DNA of 60,309 nt, filler included. It is 5 parts of 5 records of this genome, joined end to end, with 100 filler letters (N's around TTAATTAATTAA, not from the genome) between each part and the next. Parts side by side here need not be neighbours in the genome. Positions count along the whole stretch, not along the records: positions 52,868 to 60,309 come from SRR31156797_26420; 4 more parts are not named here. One strand, written 5' to 3'. Numbering within the stretch: the first letter of the stretch is position 1; the number at the start of each line of letters is the position of its first letter. Positions 58,060 to 60,309 of this stretch are shown piece after piece. The notes below the pieces were generated by a model that did no database searches, was not told the origin of the DNA, and saw nothing but the letters and a program-made list of their open reading frames with translations. The position numbers and the translations under genes were made by a program.

Positions 58060-60276
58060 ATGAAAAAGCGAATAATGTTAGCACTTTTTTTAGTGCTGAT
58101 TTTTGTAGAGTTTAGTTTTTCCCAAGCACTCATGAAAGCAGGTGAGGAACTGTTTGGGCGTGTTACCGTTCTGCAAGGCGTTAAAGTGGGAAACGATACC
58201 CACGCACAGGCAGGGACTATTCGATGGGACGGTTCAAACTTTGAAGGCTATAACGGTTCCGCTTGGGTTACTCTTGACGTGCAAAGTACATCGGGCGGTG
58301 GATGGACAGACGGCGGCGATAGAGTCTATATCACAACGGCGGCAGATTCCGTAGCCCTAGCCTTGATGAAAGCATACAATACAGACGGCCTTAAATTCTT
58401 TGACAGTGCGGGCAATCTGGTTGCTACAATCATAGCCGACCAGTTGAGAGTTGCAAGCGCAATGGAAGTGCCTGGAATTGAGGACGAGGACAACGACACA
58501 AAAATCCAAGTCGAAGAATCCGCAGACGAGGACAAGATAAGATTCGACACCGGCGGCACTGAACGCCTTGTCATAGACAGTGACGGTATAAAATCAACAG
58601 GTGGTTATTTTCTCGGCTCCCCATCCGACCGAGGCGGGACTTCCCTGTACTTTGATGGGGTGGATGATTACTTAACTATACCAGATGATACAGACATTCA
58701 GTTTGGCACAGGTGATTTTACTATAGGATTTTGGATGTATGTTCCTTCAATTCCAAGTTCAACAAAATCTCTTTGGAATAAAGACCCTAATGGCTCATAT
58801 TTTTATATGACCTTAAAATCTACTGGAATTATTGGTGTTGTAAATGCACGCACAGAAGGTGCATCTGATTTTACAACAGCACTAACGGCAAACAAGTGGT
58901 ATTATATTGTCGCAACTCGTGAAGATGGCACTGTTAAAAATTATTTAAATGGTGTTCTTGATGTGTCATATTCTGGTACGGCTAAAGAAATTAGCGCAAG
59001 TGGGACTGATTTAACATTTTCACGTGCGAATAGCTATTATTTAAATTGTGAGATGAAAGAATATTATTTTAATAACCGAGCCCTAACCGCCGACGAAATC
59101 CAATCCATCTACTCCGCAGGCACCTACACCCCTGAGTTCAAGTATCAGGGGGCGAGTCAGACGGAGCTTGTGACTAATGGGGACTTTGCCAACTGGACTA
59201 CAGATGACCCGGATGATTGGACTGTTTCAGGAGAATCAGGAACAGACCCGGAAATTTCAGAGGTTGGAGCGGCAGAGGGACACGGCGGTTCGTTAACTGG
59301 TGCTTGTAATATTTATTCAACTAGTGCTACAACTTATATAAGACAAGACCTCGGCTTAACTGTAGGAAAAAATTATGTTGCAACGTTTGACGTTACTGTG
59401 GTTTCTGGTAGTATTATACTATGGGATTATGCTACTGCCAATTCATTTTCAACTGTTAGTTCTTCTGGAACAAAAACTGTTGAATTTACTGCTACAGACG
59501 CAGGTATAGCATTTAAACGTAACGCTCAACCTTGTGATGTAACAATTGACAATGTAAGTGTAGTAGCCTCCGGCAACGTAGCCCACTACACCAGTCCAGG
59601 CATCGACCACACCAACAGCGTGTGGCACGATGAAAGCGGAAACAATCTTGACGGCACGATAAGCGGTGCAAGTGCTGTCAATCAACAGGTGGGATTGCAT
59701 CTGAACAAGACGGGTGGAGACGATGCGGATGGAGTTATTACAGTTTCTCAAGATGGAGTAATGACTGCATATGTTGAACTGGATGGCGATGGATATTTTA
59801 ATGAGGTTCATGCTGAGGCAGATGTAGATTGGAACGGTATATATGCAGGTGAGAGTTCAAGTAAACGAGGCTTCATGTCATGGAGAAACACGTTAGAGCG
59901 CCTTGAGTGTGGAACCGATACATACAATTATCCATATTATATTAATGGGTCTGTATTAGTATTGCAAAGCGAATCAGGTGGAAAAGTAGGCATTGGAGAA
60001 ACAGCTCCCGACAGTACCCTTGAAGTAAACGGTAGCGGACACTTTACCGGCAATGTGCTGGTAGATGGTAAGTTCACAGCAACCGGAGGCGTTGACCCGC
60101 CATATATTTCTTTTAGTGCAGAAACACCAACAAGTATTCGTGAATATGCTAAAGGACTAAAGGACGACCAAGTTGTAATGCAATTCTTTAATACGTTATC
60201 TCATAGAATAGAAGTCTACTATGTTGAAGAAGATGCCTTTTACAACATGGAAGGCGTGAAGGTGATATATGATTAA
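58060..60276 (+). CDS. LamG/CBM-containing fibre-like adhesin with Sec signal peptide
   Basis: MKKRIMLALFLVLIFVEFSFS/Q, AGTIRWDGSNFEGYNG, DTKIQVEESADEDKIRFDT, SLYFDGVDDY...DFTIGFW...WYYIV...YLNG...NRALT..EI (LamG), LVTNGDF..W (CBM-like), GKVGIG...LEVNG. Confidence 0.8.
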   Translation: MKKRIMLALFLVLIFVEFSFSQALMKAGEELFGRVTVLQGVKVGNDTHAQAGTIRWDGSNFEGYNGSAWVTLDVQSTSGGGWTDGGDRVYITTAADSVALALMKAYNTDGLKFFDSAGNLVATIIADQLRVASAMEVPGIEDEDNDTKIQVEESADEDKIRFDTGGTERLVIDSDGIKSTGGYFLGSPSDRGGTSLYFDGVDDYLTIPDDTDIQFGTGDFTIGFWMYVPSIPSSTKSLWNKDPNGSYFYMTLKSTGIIGVVNARTEGASDFTTALTANKWYYIVATREDGTVKNYLNGVLDVSYSGTAKEISASGTDLTFSRANSYYLNCEMKEYYFNNRALTADEIQSIYSAGTYTPEFKYQGASQTELVTNGDFANWTTDDPDDWTVSGESGTDPEISEVGAAEGHGGSLTGACNIYSTSATTYIRQDLGLTVGKNYVATFDVTVVSGSIILWDYATANSFSTVSSSGTKTVEFTATDAGIAFKRNAQPCDVTIDNVSVVASGNVAHYTSPGIDHTNSVWHDESGNNLDGTISGASAVNQQVGLHLNKTGGDDADGVITVSQDGVMTAYVELDGDGYFNEVHAEADVDWNGIYAGESSSKRGFMSWRNTLERLECGTDTYNYPYYINGSVLVLQSESGGKVGIGETAPDSTLEVNGSGHFTGNVLVDGKFTATGGVDPPYISFSAETPTSIREYAKGLKDDQVVMQFFNTLSHRIEVYYVEEDAFYNMEGVKVIYD

Positions 60277-60309
60277 CAAACTATCAAAACACCCTTACGA
60301 CTGGATATT

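Noticed and set aside
52868-60309. Diversity-generating retroelement or alternative genetic code in the phage-like contig
   Set aside because: No reverse transcriptase or template/variable repeat pair seen; the ORFs tile densely under the standard code.
1-60309. CRISPR array, rRNA or transposase
   Set aside because: No regularly spaced repeats, rRNA-like tracts or transposase motifs found by eye.

Overview
The window is not one locus. It is five unrelated contigs joined by artificial 100-nt linkers (44 N + TTAATTAATTAA + 44 N) at 25246-25345, 35954-36053, 43979-44078 and 52768-52867. All protein calls are by-eye motif recognition, not database hits, and taxonomic labels are impressions. (1) 1-25245, GC-rich, Desulfobacterota-like: a Cus-type Cu/Ag efflux operon with two TolC-like genes, hcp, usp, tRNA-Thr(CGT), pyrF, then a GntR-headed operon that reads as an anaerobic nicotinamide/nicotinate catabolic pathway (TRAP transporter, CoA-acylating aldehyde dehydrogenase, signal-peptide-bearing nicotinamidase, three-subunit Mo-hydroxylase, enamidase, 6-hydroxynicotinate reductase, ApbE-like protein). 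(2) 25346-35953, AT-rich, Bacteroidota-like: DUF4954, PAS-LuxR regulator, a small NifX-like operon with a sigma54-like promoter, ThuA, and a beta-propeller/GT4/ABC-permease cluster. (3) 36054-43978, Desulfobacterota-like: response regulator, PocR/PAS histidine kinase, a PEP-synthase paralog whose pyruvate site is degenerate, small genes and ppdK. (4) 44079-52767, Alphaproteobacteria-like: LysR, TRAP, amidohydrolase, structured intergenic repeats, tctCBA. (5) 52868-60309, AT-rich, phage tail-like module in which two genes carry Sec-type signal peptides. The best candidates for undescribed biology are the nicotinamide pathway variant, the degenerate PEP synthase beside a two-component system, and the tail-like module with secreted members.
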